A DNA stretch of 61,927 bases, filler included, from Actinomycetota bacterium (GCA_046725875.1; 4 parts of 4 records of this genome joined end to end with filler, not necessarily neighbours in it); one strand, 5' to 3'; shown: positions 31,386-41,847, counted from the whole stretch's first letter. The notes: generated from the letters alone by a model not told the origin. Program-made: numbers and translations.

Positions 31386-32615
31386 CTATGGTGGGGACGT
31401 CAGCTCGCGGTAGATCGCGAGGGTGGCGTCGATCGTGGCGTCCGCGTCCGGCCAGGTTTTCGCCTGTTCCGGCCCCGCCGCGCCAAGTCGTTCGGCGAGC
31501 TCCGGTTCGTCGAGGACACGTGCGATCCCGTCTGCCAGTGCGGCGGGATTGTTGTACGGGACAAGGAGCGCCGCGTCGCCGACCAGATCCGGCATGCCGC
31601 CGACTGCGGTGGCGACCAGCGGCCGGCCAGCGCGGAGCACCTCTTGGGCGACCAGCGCGCGCGCCTCCCACTCGCTGGTGATGGTCACGACGTCGGCCGC
31701 GGCGAGCAGGTCCGGGACGTCGGCGCGGTGCCCGAGCAGCTTGACCGGGAGATCCTCGGCGCCGATCCGCGTCTCGAGTGCCGGCCGCTGCGGCCCCTCT
31801 CCGGCGATCAGGACCAGGGGTACGGGTGTCCGGGCGCGCAGATACGCCGCGGCGTCCAGCAGGTGTTCGTACGCCTTCTGCGGTGCCAGCCTGCCAGCGG
31901 CCAGCACGATCGGGCGGTCGCCGGCGCCAACCTCCACTCGCGTGTCCGCACGCGACCTCTTGGCCCGACCCGCGGACGGAGCGGCGACTTGGCCGAGCCG
32001 GGCATCCGGCGCACCGAGGTCCCGGGCGCGGCGGACGAGGTCATAGGAGGCTCCAAGGGTGACGTCCGCCATCCGTGCGACGGCGCGCTCGAGCCCGGTC
32101 AGGGCCAGTCGCTTCGGCCCGCCGCCGAGGATCGCGTTGTGCCAGGTCACGACGAGCGGAGCGGCAGACGTCGTCACACTGCCGGCACGCTCTGGGTCGT
32201 GCGTTTTGGGGCTGGCCGAGCCGCTGTCGCCGCGCCGTGCGGGTGCCAAGATGCTCGGCCGGCGGATCGGCAATCTTGCCGCACGTACTGCGAGGCCGGC
32301 CACCAGCCCCGCCCGCAGGCCGTGCGCGTGGACCACGGCCGGCGCGATCGGCAGCCGCGCGGTCATCTCGGCCAGAAGGCCTCGGAGGTTCACCACGGCC
32401 TTGGCGTCCGCCACGGGTCGCGGGACGGTCGCGATCTCGACGGGGCGGAAGTCCGCGCCCGACTGGGTGAACTCGAATGCATCCTCGGTACTCCGTGGCC
32501 CGGCGACGGTCACCTCGACCCCGCGCTTACCAAGACCGGCGGCGAGCTCGCGCACATGTGTGCCAATCCCGCCCGCGCTCGTGGCGAGCACCAGCAGGAC
32601 CCGCAGGTCGCTCAT
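31386..32615 (-). CDS. GT4 family glycosyltransferase
   Basis: GGIGTHV, HAHGLRAG, GRLAPQK, SEWEARALVAQE, TAVGG. Confidence 0.93.
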   Translation of the reverse strand: MSDLRVLLVLATSAGGIGTHVRELAAGLGKRGVEVTVAGPRSTEDAFEFTQSGADFRPVEIATVPRPVADAKAVVNLRGLLAEMTARLPIAPAVVHAHGLRAGLVAGLAVRAARLPIRRPSILAPARRGDSGSASPKTHDPERAGSVTTSAAPLVVTWHNAILGGGPKRLALTGLERAVARMADVTLGASYDLVRRARDLGAPDARLGQVAAPSAGRAKRSRADTRVEVGAGDRPIVLAAGRLAPQKAYEHLLDAAAYLRARTPVPLVLIAGEGPQRPALETRIGAEDLPVKLLGHRADVPDLLAAADVVTITSEWEARALVAQEVLRAGRPLVATAVGGMPDLVGDAALLVPYNNPAALADGIARVLDEPELAERLGAAGPEQAKTWPDADATIDATLAIYRELTSPP

Positions 32616-34342
32616 CCGAACCTCCGGCCAACGAGAGTACGCAGGTCAGCAGCGTCGGCCGCGACCACGGCGGCCGCGTAGACGGCCGCTGCGACGAGTG
32701 CCGCGGCAGCAGCGAACCCGACACTTGCGAGCGGACCCGGCGAGCCCAGCGACCCCACCCACCAACCCAGCGCCCCGGCCAGGACGCCGCCGCTGACCCC
32801 GGCCGCAACCGCCCGGCGGAGACCGGTCACGGCGCCGGAGCCGGCGCTGCGTCGGGTCAACCACACAAGCAGCGCTCCGGCCAGGCTCATCCCGATGGCA
32901 TTGCCAACACCGAGGGCGAGGACCGCGTCCCGACCGGGGAGAAGCGGCACGAGCAGGGCGTCGGCGAGTGCGACCGCGGCCCACCCGGTGACCACCGCGA
33001 CGGCCGCCTCCCGGCCTCGGCCGCGCGCGTACAGCACCCGGCTGAGGTGGGCCACGAGCCCGTATCCGATCAAGCCGGGCGCCCACGCGAGCAGCCCGCG
33101 GGCGAGCACCGCTGGGTCGTCCGCGCCGCCGGCCGCCGGGGCTTGGTCCAGAAACGCCCGGGCGGTGGGGAGCGCGGCCGCGGCAAGGACAGCGGCGCCG
33201 AGGCAGCTCGCCAGGACGACCGCTCGGGTGGTCTTTGCAACTCCGGCCGCGAACGCCGCCTCGTCTCCGGCGTCGTGCCTGGCCGACAGGTGTGGAAAGG
33301 CGCTGGTCGCGATCGGGATCGCGAGTACGGCGTACGGGAGCAGGTAGAGCGCCCACGCGTACCCGTACAACACAACCGATGCGGTGCCAGACCGGTTCGC
33401 CAACGCGATGATCACAACCGTGGCGAGCTGTTGGGCGGCGACCGTCGCCAGTCCGGCCAGCGCGAGCCGCCGGGCGTTGGCCGCCACGCCGGGGGGAAAG
33501 CCGAAGGTCGGCCGCAGCCTCAGCCCGGCGCGGCGGAGCGGGAGGACGAGGCTGCCGGCGAGGACGGCGACGCCCAGGGTCGTGCCGCCGGCAAGGACGA
33601 TCTCCGCGCTCCGCGATACCTGGCCAAGGTCGTCCTCATGCCCGCCGGCAAGGGCACCGAAGGTGAGGTATGCGGTCGCCACGACGACGCTCGACAGTAG
33701 CGGTGCCAGCGCGGGCCCGAGGAACCGGCGATCGGCCTGGAGAACACCGGACAGGACGACGGCGACGCCGTAGAGCGGGATCTGCGGGAGAAAGATCAGC
33801 AGCATCCGGACCGCGAGATCGACCCCACTCGACTGGCTCGGGCATCCGCTGGCCGGGCCGAGCAGCCCCTCGACGATCGGCCGGACCAGCAGGATGCCGA
33901 TCAGCGCGATGGGCATGAGAACCGCGAGCGACCACGTGAGCAGCGCCGAGGCGACCTGTCCGGCCGCCGCCCGATGCCAGTCGGCGAGACGGACCGCGCG
34001 AGTTTCGCGCTCGCCAGCCCCTGCGCCGCTCGGTTTGGCTCCGCCGAGCCGCGTCGCCGCGCCTCGGGCCAGCCGCCCCGCTAGTAGCGGCACGACGGCG
34101 CCGGCAAGGGCACCGCCGGCGACGATCTCGAAGACGATATTAGGTACGCCGTTTGCGGTCTGGTACGCCTCGCCGACGCAAGTCGCCCCAACCGTGCGAG
34201 AGAAGACCACGATCCGCCCGAAGCCCGCGATCCGGGCAAGAACAGTGATGGCCGCGATAGCGATCGCCGCGCTCGCGATCCCACCGGCCAACCGACCCGG
34301 TGGGTTCGGCCGGCCGGCCGCTACCTTCGTCGGCTCACTCAT
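32612..34342 (-). CDS. MurJ/MviN-like flippase
   Basis: LARIAGFGR, YQTANGVPNIVFE, FLPQIPLYG, LPYAVLAIPIATSAFP, RVLYARG. Confidence 0.9.
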   Translation of the reverse strand: MSEPTKVAAGRPNPPGRLAGGIASAAIAIAAITVLARIAGFGRIVVFSRTVGATCVGEAYQTANGVPNIVFEIVAGGALAGAVVPLLAGRLARGAATRLGGAKPSGAGAGERETRAVRLADWHRAAAGQVASALLTWSLAVLMPIALIGILLVRPIVEGLLGPASGCPSQSSGVDLAVRMLLIFLPQIPLYGVAVVLSGVLQADRRFLGPALAPLLSSVVVATAYLTFGALAGGHEDDLGQVSRSAEIVLAGGTTLGVAVLAGSLVLPLRRAGLRLRPTFGFPPGVAANARRLALAGLATVAAQQLATVVIIALANRSGTASVVLYGYAWALYLLPYAVLAIPIATSAFPHLSARHDAGDEAAFAAGVAKTTRAVVLASCLGAAVLAAAALPTARAFLDQAPAAGGADDPAVLARGLLAWAPGLIGYGLVAHLSRVLYARGRGREAAVAVVTGWAAVALADALLVPLLPGRDAVLALGVGNAIGMSLAGALLVWLTRRSAGSGAVTGLRRAVAAGVSGGVLAGALGWWVGSLGSPGPLASVGFAAAAALVAAAVYAAAVVAADAADLRTLVGRRFG

Positions 34343-34372
34343 CCGCGGCGATCCATGACGGTAGAAGGTGCC

Positions 34373-35287
34373 CTACTCCAAACTGGTCGGCACAAGGGGC
34401 CCGTCTACCTTCGTCGGGGCGGCCTTTCCCACCGGGTGTTCCGCCGAACCCTCGGCGGACGCCGCCGGTGGCGGTGGCCGGCGGCCGAGCAGGTCGATCG
34501 CGTTGAGCGCTGGCGTCGCCGCAATGACCTTGGTGAAGCTCACCTTCTCGCTCGCGAGCGTCAGACCGACGAGGGTGGCCGCCCGGACGAACAAGCCGGT
34601 CCGGCCAGAGCTTGCTGCGGCCGCCACGCCGAGGACGGCGCCGAGCGTGTTGGACCCGGCGTCACCCAACATCGACCGCTCGTACAGGTCCGCCTGGAGC
34701 AGGGCTGAGCTCGCACCGAGCGCACCCGCGGCGAGCAGGGCCGGTGCGCCGCCGCGGGCCACCGTCGGAATGCCTGTGATCAGGCCCGCCTTGATGGCTC
34801 GACCGGGTCTCAGGTCGAACAGGTTCATGACATTCGCCGAGCCGGCGATCACGACTCCGGCGAGGAGCTTGTCCAGCGGTCGCCGTTGGATCAATGCACC
34901 CGCTGCCAGGCCAGCGGCGCCGATCCCAATCACCTTCACAGCACCGGTCGTGACCTCACCTCGCGCGAGCGCGCGCAAGTGTCCCTTGAGGCCTCGAGAT
35001 GTGCCAGAGCCGGCCAGGTCGTCGTACGCCCCAACGGCCCCAGCGCCGACGACGGCCAGCGCCGCAGCCGCCCGGAGCCTACGCGGCAGTCCCGGCACGG
35101 TAAGCGCGGTGGCTCCCGCCGCGGTGGCCATGGCCGGTCCTTCGAGGAGCGTTACCGGCTCGCCGCGGTGATTCGCCCGAGTCCAACGTTCCTTGCCCCC
35201 CGGCGGGAAATTGGTCAGCTCGCGATAGGCAAGGCTCGCCGCTGCCGCGCCGGTCGCGGCTGCGGCAAGCCGCCCACGAATGCTCAT
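34373..35287 (-). CDS. MraY/WecA-like membrane protein
   Basis: NHRGEPV, GAYDD, NVMNLFDLRPGRAIK, MLGDAGSNTLG; AGGAG before ATG. Confidence 0.8.
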   Translation of the reverse strand: MSIRGRLAAAATGAAAASLAYRELTNFPPGGKERWTRANHRGEPVTLLEGPAMATAAGATALTVPGLPRRLRAAAALAVVGAGAVGAYDDLAGSGTSRGLKGHLRALARGEVTTGAVKVIGIGAAGLAAGALIQRRPLDKLLAGVVIAGSANVMNLFDLRPGRAIKAGLITGIPTVARGGAPALLAAGALGASSALLQADLYERSMLGDAGSNTLGAVLGVAAAASSGRTGLFVRAATLVGLTLASEKVSFTKVIAATPALNAIDLLGRRPPPPAASAEGSAEHPVGKAAPTKVDGPLVPTSLE

Positions 35288-35421
35288 CTTGCGACTCCTC
35301 ACCGACCTGGCCGTTCGCGGGCATGGGCAACCGCCGGCCGCTCAACGCACTCGACATCACAGTCCCAACCTGATGGGTCACCGTAGCCGAACGGTGCCGC
35401 GGTGTCCGCCATGCCTAGGTA

Positions 35422-36381
35422 TCAGGGGTTCTGCGACTCCGGTGGCTGGCTGGGAAGCGGACCGTCGGTCGTCCCCGAGATCCCGTACTGCCCGGTCCGG
35501 CCGGCCGCGTCGGCTTCCAGCGCGTACACCACCGCGATCTGCCCATAGATGGTGTCGGCCGTGTCGACCGAAGACACCTCGCCGGCGAGACCATCGTCGC
35601 TGCGCAGCGCGTCCACGACGCCGCGGTCGCCGGCCGCTGACTCCGGCCCGCCGATCACCGCCGACCGGCCGCGCATGTCGAGCTCGCGCGCCAGCGCAAG
35701 ATACGCGGAGTTCGCTCGATCGACACCGTCGGACTCCTTCGGCGCGGGTCCCGCGACCAGTACCGCCATCGTCGCCTTTGTCTCTGGATGGCCACTTGTC
35801 GTGAGGAACCCGCCGGCCTGCAGGCCCGGGAGAACGCCGCCCTCGGCCTCGCTCGGCGCGGAGCCCGCCTGGCTGATCTCCTTGGTCATCACCGCGGAAG
35901 CGAGCTCGATGGCCGCCCGGTCGTACGTCGACGAGTCTGGCGGTATCTCGACGGGGAGCGGGCGAAGCCTATTCACCAGATCATCGAGCACCCGCTCCTT
36001 GTCGGTCTCGGCGTAGGCGTCGGTGATGCGGATCTGGCCGGTGACCACGGCTCCCGCCGTCTCCAGGATCTTCGTCACCTGCTGGACCGTGCCCTTCTCG
36101 GCGCCGGGCAGCGTCACCACGACGGCCTGTTCGGCGGCTAGGCGCTGTCCAACGACGTCGGGCGAGAGGGTCTCTGCGAATTCCGCCGCGTAGCTCTTGT
36201 CCCGCTCGAGGTCGCTGATGTCGCCCCTCAGCTGGTCGCGCTCATGCCGGAGCTGGTCGGTCGTCTTGTTCAGGTTGTCGTAGAGCGGTCCCGACAGCAC
36301 CGAGCTGCCGAGCAGGATGCCGGTCGCCAGCGCAATGAGCACCGCGACCAGGGACACAACGTGGTAGCGGAAATCGATCAC
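35422..36381 (-). CDS. steB: SteB/MctB (DUF3186) family protein
   Basis: MIDFRYHVVSLVAVLIALATGILLG, coiled coil, VSSVD, GQYG; coupled to steA. Confidence 0.88.
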   Translation of the reverse strand: MIDFRYHVVSLVAVLIALATGILLGSSVLSGPLYDNLNKTTDQLRHERDQLRGDISDLERDKSYAAEFAETLSPDVVGQRLAAEQAVVVTLPGAEKGTVQQVTKILETAGAVVTGQIRITDAYAETDKERVLDDLVNRLRPLPVEIPPDSSTYDRAAIELASAVMTKEISQAGSAPSEAEGGVLPGLQAGGFLTTSGHPETKATMAVLVAGPAPKESDGVDRANSAYLALARELDMRGRSAVIGGPESAAGDRGVVDALRSDDGLAGEVSSVDTADTIYGQIAVVYALEADAAGRTGQYGISGTTDGPLPSQPPESQNP

Positions 36382-37562
36382 TCGAAGAGCCCTTGGAACC
36401 AGAAGACGAGGCTGCCCCAGAGCGCGCGGGCCACGGCGAGGATCGCCCGTCCGGAGGGCGACGCGACGAACGCTGTGGTCAGCACGATGATGGTGGCACC
36501 TACTAGGAGCATGAGCTGGCCGGTGGAGATCCGGCTGCGATACAGGCGAGACACACCCTTGGCATCGATCAGCTTGTCGCCCACCCGCAGTCGGGTGAGG
36601 AAGCTGCTTGCGTTGCCGGCCCGGCCCTTGTCGAGGAACTCGGTCATCGTCGCGTGCGTACCGACCGTGACGATCAAGCTAGCACCGGCGTCGTCGGCGA
36701 GAAGCATCGCGATGTCCTCGCTCGTACCCGTTGCCGGAAAGATCACGGCGGCCAGACCGAGTCGCTCCAGCCGGGCCTGGCCAGGTGCGCTGCCGTCCCG
36801 GTAAGCGTGGACCACCAACTCGGCGCCGGTTTGCAAGGCCTCGTCCGAAACCGAGTCCATGTCGCCGACGATGAGATGCGGCTTGTAGCCGGCCTCGATC
36901 AGAGCGTCCGTGCCGCCGTCCACGCCGATGAGCACCGGCCGATACTCCCTTATGTAGGGACGGAGCGTGGCGAGGTCCTCGCGGTAGTTGTACCCACGCA
37001 CCACGATCAGCGCATGCCGGCCCTCGAGCCTGGTGGCGATCTTAGGAACCCCGACGCCGTCGAGGAGTAGGTCGCGCTCGCGCCTGACGTACTCCATGGT
37101 GTTGGCGACAAAGGCCTCGAGCTGCGTCGAGAGCCCCGCCCGCGACTCGTCCATGGCGGCCAGGACCGACTCCTTGGATTGGAGTACGCCATATGCGAGC
37201 GGGACGTCGCCGCTATAGAGGACGTTTCCATCCAAGCGCAGCCACTCGCCGTCGACCGCCCGGGTCATCAGATCGGCGCCGACGTCGTCGAGGAGCGGGA
37301 TGCCGGCGGAGACGATGATCTCCGGACCGAGGTTCGGATAGCGGCCACTAATGCTTGGCGCAGCGTTTATGACCGCCGCCGGTCGGCAAGCGACCAGCCC
37401 CTCCGCGGCGACGCGGTCCAGGTCGAGGTGGTCGATGATGGCGATGTCGCCGGGTCGCAGCCGGTTTGTGAGGTTCTTCGTGCGCCGGTCGACACGCGCC
37501 ACACCGACGATGCCCGGCAGGTCGGGGGTGCGTTCGCGGCGGCGCAGCGCAGGTACCTTCAT
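36378..37562 (-). CDS. steA: Putative cytokinetic ring protein SteA
   Basis: DRRTKNL, SISGRYPNLGP, IGVDGG, FLDKGR, FLTRLRVG, C-terminal TM; follows recN. Confidence 0.9.
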   Translation of the reverse strand: MKVPALRRRERTPDLPGIVGVARVDRRTKNLTNRLRPGDIAIIDHLDLDRVAAEGLVACRPAAVINAAPSISGRYPNLGPEIIVSAGIPLLDDVGADLMTRAVDGEWLRLDGNVLYSGDVPLAYGVLQSKESVLAAMDESRAGLSTQLEAFVANTMEYVRRERDLLLDGVGVPKIATRLEGRHALIVVRGYNYREDLATLRPYIREYRPVLIGVDGGTDALIEAGYKPHLIVGDMDSVSDEALQTGAELVVHAYRDGSAPGQARLERLGLAAVIFPATGTSEDIAMLLADDAGASLIVTVGTHATMTEFLDKGRAGNASSFLTRLRVGDKLIDAKGVSRLYRSRISTGQLMLLVGATIIVLTTAFVASPSGRAILAVARALWGSLVFWFQGLFE

Positions 37563-37737
37563 CAGTGGTCATCCTGCCACGCTGGGCGCCGGAGACTCGG
37601 CCTTCCAAGGGAGCCGGGCGTGCCGCCCCGATCATGTACGGCCTCCAGTACCGCTCCCGGCCGCCTGCCTCCGGGATCGGCAGGAACTAGCCGAGCTGTG
37701 CGCGCGGCAAGCGCCGGCGCTGCTGCCTGATCGCACG

Positions 37738-39561
37738 CTATTGCGTGCGGCCCATGGCTGTCTCGGCACGGGCGGCCGCGGCGAGGGCGAGCAGCTCGTC
37801 GGCGTGGGCCTGAGCGGATTCGGAGTCAGCCTGGCCGGCGAGCATCCGCGACAGCTCCCGTACCCGGCCGGCGTGGTCGAGCGGTGTCACACCACTGCCG
37901 GTCACCAGCCCATCGCTGGACTTTTCCACCATGAGATGCCGGTCCGCGAACGCGGCCACCTGGGGTAGGTGAGTGACGACCAGGACCTGCGCGGTCGCCG
38001 CCAACCGGGCGAGGCGGCGGCCGACTTCGACCGCGGCGGTCCCACCGACACCGGCATCGACCTCGTCGAACACAAACGTGGGGACCGGGTCGGCCCCGGC
38101 GAAAACAACCTCGACCGCGAGCATCACGCGGGACAGCTCACCGCCGGACGCCGCCCGCTGGATCGGCCGAGCCGGAGCGCCTAGGTGCGGCTGCAGCAGG
38201 ATCTCCACGTCGTCGATGCCGGTTGGCCCGTACCCGACCCGGCGGCCTTCGATCTCCAGGCTGTCCCGGCCACGGCCCGCCGGCTCAACCTCGTCCTGGC
38301 CGGCGTCGACCTCGTGCTGGGTGACGGCGACAGTCACCGTCGCATGTGGCATGGCGAGCGCGTGGACCTCGGCGGTGACCGCTGCCGAGAACCGCTCGGC
38401 CGCGGCCTGCCGGGCGCCGGAGACCTCGACCGCGCGCCGGGCCAGCTCGGCGCGCAGCCCCGCCCGCTCGACATGCAGCGCGTCGATGCGCTCGTCGTCG
38501 CCTTCGAGCGCAGCCAGCCGGGCGGCGGCGCGCTCCGCCCAGGCCAGAACCTGGTCGACGGTGTCGCCGTACTTCCTGGTCAGCCCCGCGAGGACGGCCT
38601 GCCGGTCCTGCGCGACCGCGAGCCGGATCGGATCGGCGTCGACGCCCTCCGCATATGCGGCGAGGTCGGTGGCCACATCGGACAGGAGGTATCCGACCTC
38701 GCCCAACCGCTCGCCCAGCGCTGCCAAGGCCGGATCGTGCGAGCCAACCTGGTCGACCGCGCGCTTGGCCATCGCCACCAGGCCGGCCGCATCGGTGGCG
38801 TCGACCACATCGCTCGCACCAGGATCGCCGAGCAACGCGGCATGTGCTGTGGTCGCGGCCGTGCGCAACGCGTCGGCATGAGCCAACCGTTCGACCTCGG
38901 CCGCGAGGGCAATGTCCTCCCCCGCTGCCGGGGCGGCCCGCTCGATCTCGGCCAAGCCGAAGCGCAGCAGGTCGGCTTCCTGTGCTCGCTCCCGAGCCCG
39001 CGTGGTGAGCTCCGTCAGCTCGGTTTCCAGCGCCTTGAGCCGCTCGTAGCCGGCACGGTAGGCAGCGTGCGGCTTGCCAACCGACTCACCGGCGTAACGG
39101 TCGAGCGCGGTCCGCTGTCTGGTCGGCCGGAGCAGCCGCTGTTGGTCGCCCTGGCCATGCCTGGCCACCAGGTCGTCGGCCAGCTCGGCGAGCAGGCCGA
39201 CCGGCACCGACCGCCCGCCAAGAACTGCGCGGGATCGCCCCTCGGCGGTCACCGTCCGGCTGATGAGCAGACTTTGGAACCCTCCAGAACCGTCGTGGTC
39301 GAGCTGGGCGCCCGCCTCCGCAGTTCGGGCCGCGACGGGGCCGGTCGGATCGATCGCGACCCGCCCCTCGACGACTGCGGCGTCGACTCCTGCACGGACC
39401 CGACCGGAATCAGACCGCCCCCCGAACAAGAGGTCGAGGCCGGTGACAACCATCGTCTTGCCGGCGCCGGTCTCGCCGGTCAGAACGGTGAACCCGGGAG
39501 ACAGCTCGAGGACCGCGTCGTCGATGACGCCCAACCCGCGGATCCGCATCTCCTCGAGCAC
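37738..39561 (-). CDS. recN: DNA repair protein RecN
   Basis: TGETGAGKT, HGQ, ASGGELSR, FDEVDAGVGG, VTHLPQVAA. Confidence 0.97.
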   Translation of the reverse strand: MLEEMRIRGLGVIDDAVLELSPGFTVLTGETGAGKTMVVTGLDLLFGGRSDSGRVRAGVDAAVVEGRVAIDPTGPVAARTAEAGAQLDHDGSGGFQSLLISRTVTAEGRSRAVLGGRSVPVGLLAELADDLVARHGQGDQQRLLRPTRQRTALDRYAGESVGKPHAAYRAGYERLKALETELTELTTRARERAQEADLLRFGLAEIERAAPAAGEDIALAAEVERLAHADALRTAATTAHAALLGDPGASDVVDATDAAGLVAMAKRAVDQVGSHDPALAALGERLGEVGYLLSDVATDLAAYAEGVDADPIRLAVAQDRQAVLAGLTRKYGDTVDQVLAWAERAAARLAALEGDDERIDALHVERAGLRAELARRAVEVSGARQAAAERFSAAVTAEVHALAMPHATVTVAVTQHEVDAGQDEVEPAGRGRDSLEIEGRRVGYGPTGIDDVEILLQPHLGAPARPIQRAASGGELSRVMLAVEVVFAGADPVPTFVFDEVDAGVGGTAAVEVGRRLARLAATAQVLVVTHLPQVAAFADRHLMVEKSSDGLVTGSGVTPLDHAGRVRELSRMLAGQADSESAQAHADELLALAAAARAETAMGRTQ

Positions 39562-39584
39562 GAAGACCCAACCTATTCGCTCGG

Positions 39585-40484
39585 TCAGAACCTTTCCCGG
39601 TTGCGGGCACCTCGCCAGCCGTGAACGGGAAGGCCGAACTTGGCGACGAGCCGGTCGGTGAACAGCGCGTGGCGCAGCCTGGCCAGCCGGACGGGTACCA
39701 CCCCCCCGCGCACTTCCACCCGCGCGCCTGGCGGCAACGGTTCCGAGCGCCGCCCGTCGCACCACAGCACGCCGTGCGGCGTCTCCGGCTGCACCTCTAC
39801 CGCCAGGACACTCGTCGGAGCGGTGACCAGCGGCCGGCTGAAGAGGGCATGAGCGCTAATGGGTACGAGCAGGAGTGCCTCTACCTCGGGCCAGATCACG
39901 GGGCCACCTGCCGAGAATGCGTAGGCAGTCGAACCGGTCGGTGTCGCGCAAATGACGCCATCGCAACCCCACCGCGACAGCGGCCGTCCGTCGACCTCGA
40001 CGACGACCTCGAGCGCCCGCTCGCGCTCTTTCTCTATCGAGGCCTCGTTCAGTGCCCAGGTCTGGGTCACGATCTCACCGTTCCGCCGGACGAGGACGTC
40101 GATGGTCATCCGCTCCTCGACCGTGTAGTCCTGACCAACCACCCGGTCGACCACCTCGGTCAGGTCCTCGCGCTCGGCCTCGGCAAGGAACCCGATATGC
40201 CCGAGGTTTACGCCGAGCATGGGCGTGCCAGTCGGACGGGCCAGCTCGGCGCCGCGCAACAGGGTGCCGTCTCCGCCGAGGACGATGACGAGCTCGCAGC
40301 CGTCGGCCGCCTGGATGTGATCGTCGACTACCTCGACCTCCGGCAGCGCCAGGTGGACTTGCTCATCGGCCAGGACCCGTACCCCGACCCCCGCGTCGGC
40401 CAATCGGCCGGCGACGAGTTGGGCAGTCCGCCGCGCCTCGACCCGTCCCGTGTGGGCGAGCAGAAAGATGGTCCGCTCACCCAC
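39585..40484 (-). CDS. ppnK: NAD kinase
   Basis: LGGDGTLL, GHIGFL, ALNE, ATPTGSTAYAFSAGGP. Confidence 0.96.
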   Translation of the reverse strand: MGERTIFLLAHTGRVEARRTAQLVAGRLADAGVGVRVLADEQVHLALPEVEVVDDHIQAADGCELVIVLGGDGTLLRGAELARPTGTPMLGVNLGHIGFLAEAEREDLTEVVDRVVGQDYTVEERMTIDVLVRRNGEIVTQTWALNEASIEKERERALEVVVEVDGRPLSRWGCDGVICATPTGSTAYAFSAGGPVIWPEVEALLLVPISAHALFSRPLVTAPTSVLAVEVQPETPHGVLWCDGRRSEPLPPGARVEVRGGVVPVRLARLRHALFTDRLVAKFGLPVHGWRGARNRERF

Positions 40485-41340
40485 CGGACCCACCTCGCGC
40501 TCCGACCACCGTCCCCTGGTTTGCCCCCATGGCGACGCCACCGCCGTGGATGACGACGGTGCGGAGATCCCCCTCGTCCAGCGGCGGCGCATCGCGGCGC
40601 AGCCACAGAAAGTACTCGACGTTTCCGGCGGGTCCCGGCAGCGGGCTTGCCATCAGCCCACGCGTACCGAAGCCAAGCACCGCGGCCCCTGCGGCGACCT
40701 CCCGTACCGCATCGGCCCGGACGGCGGGGTCGCGTACCACACCGCCCGACCCCACCCGGCCCCGGCCAGCCTCGAACTGCGGCTTGACCATCGGGACCAA
40801 GTCGCCGTCGGCGGAAACGCAGCTGGCGAGAGCCGGAAGGACCAGGCTGAGGGAGATGAAGGAGAGATCGGCGACAGCGAGCTCCACCGTTCCGCCGATG
40901 AGGTCCGGGGCGAGGTCGCGGACGTTCGTGCGGTCCAGAGTGGTGACCCGCGGATCGGTCCGCAGTCTCCAGTCGAGCTGGCCGTACCCCACGTCGACCG
41001 CGACCACCTCGCGACCACCGCGGCGCAGCAGCACGTCGGTGAACCCACCGGTCGAGGCGCCGGCGTCGAGGCAGCGTCGCCCGGTGATCACGGGCCCGTC
41101 CGGGCCGAAGGCATCGAGCGCGCCGGCAAGCTTGTGACCGCCCCGGGATGCGTACCCCGGGCCACGGTCGTCGTCCGCAAGCACTATCGGTGCGGCGGCA
41201 TCGACCTGGGTCGCCGGCTTCGCCGCCACCTGTCCGGCCACCTTCACCCGGCCAGCCGCGACCAACTCGGTCGCCTGCTGGCGGGACCGGGCGAGTCCGC
41301 GCCGAACGAGCTCCGCGTCCAATCGACGCCGGTGTGCCAC
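40477..41340 (-). CDS. tlyA: TlyA rRNA 2'-O-methyltransferase
   Basis: RRLDAELVRRGLARSR, YASRGGHKL, DAGASTGGFTD, DLSFISL, VKPQFE, GNVEY. Confidence 0.96.
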   Translation of the reverse strand: MAHRRRLDAELVRRGLARSRQQATELVAAGRVKVAGQVAAKPATQVDAAAPIVLADDDRGPGYASRGGHKLAGALDAFGPDGPVITGRRCLDAGASTGGFTDVLLRRGGREVVAVDVGYGQLDWRLRTDPRVTTLDRTNVRDLAPDLIGGTVELAVADLSFISLSLVLPALASCVSADGDLVPMVKPQFEAGRGRVGSGGVVRDPAVRADAVREVAAGAAVLGFGTRGLMASPLPGPAGNVEYFLWLRRDAPPLDEGDLRTVVIHGGGVAMGANQGTVVGARGGSGG

Positions 41341-41532
41341 CGTTACCCGCCTCCGCGAGCGTGCGCCGGGCGCGAGCCGCGTCCGCGGTCGCCGCTGATT
41401 CTGTTCGATCCAGCAAGCGGGCAAGACCTGCGGGAGCCTCCGTGAATACAGTGCATTGTCCTCGGGTCTTCTCCGCTTGACGGATCGAACAGCGACGGCC
41501 CTGAGGTCACCGACAGCTGTCGGCGGGCCCAG

Positions 41533-41847
41533 CTACACATCATCGGCAGGCGTCCCTCCGCCGCTCTGGTCGATATCTGTCAACGCGTCCGAGAGCCGCT
41601 GGTGAACACCGTCATATACCGCCACATGCTCGGCGGTCGGCAGGTCGGCGAGCTCACCAAGCCCGTCGAGCGTCTGATCGACCAAGGGCTCTCCGGTGAC
41701 GGGCGGCTCGGGGACGTCGAACTGCGCCTGCTCGATGGCCTCATCGCCTGAATGCGGCCCGTCGCCACTCGCACTCACCGTCTCGTCCTCCTTGCCGAGA
41801 TCAGCGGCTGGGCTCGGCGTGTCAGCATGCGGTTCGTTCTCGTACAC
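41533..41847 (-). CDS. Small acidic hypothetical protein
   Basis: TGEPLVDQTL...EHVAVYDGVHQRLSDAL, type usually found between HAD and tlyA; start uncertain. Confidence 0.7.
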   Translation of the reverse strand: MYENEPHADTPSPAADLGKEDETVSASGDGPHSGDEAIEQAQFDVPEPPVTGEPLVDQTLDGLGELADLPTAEHVAVYDGVHQRLSDALTDIDQSGGGTPADDV

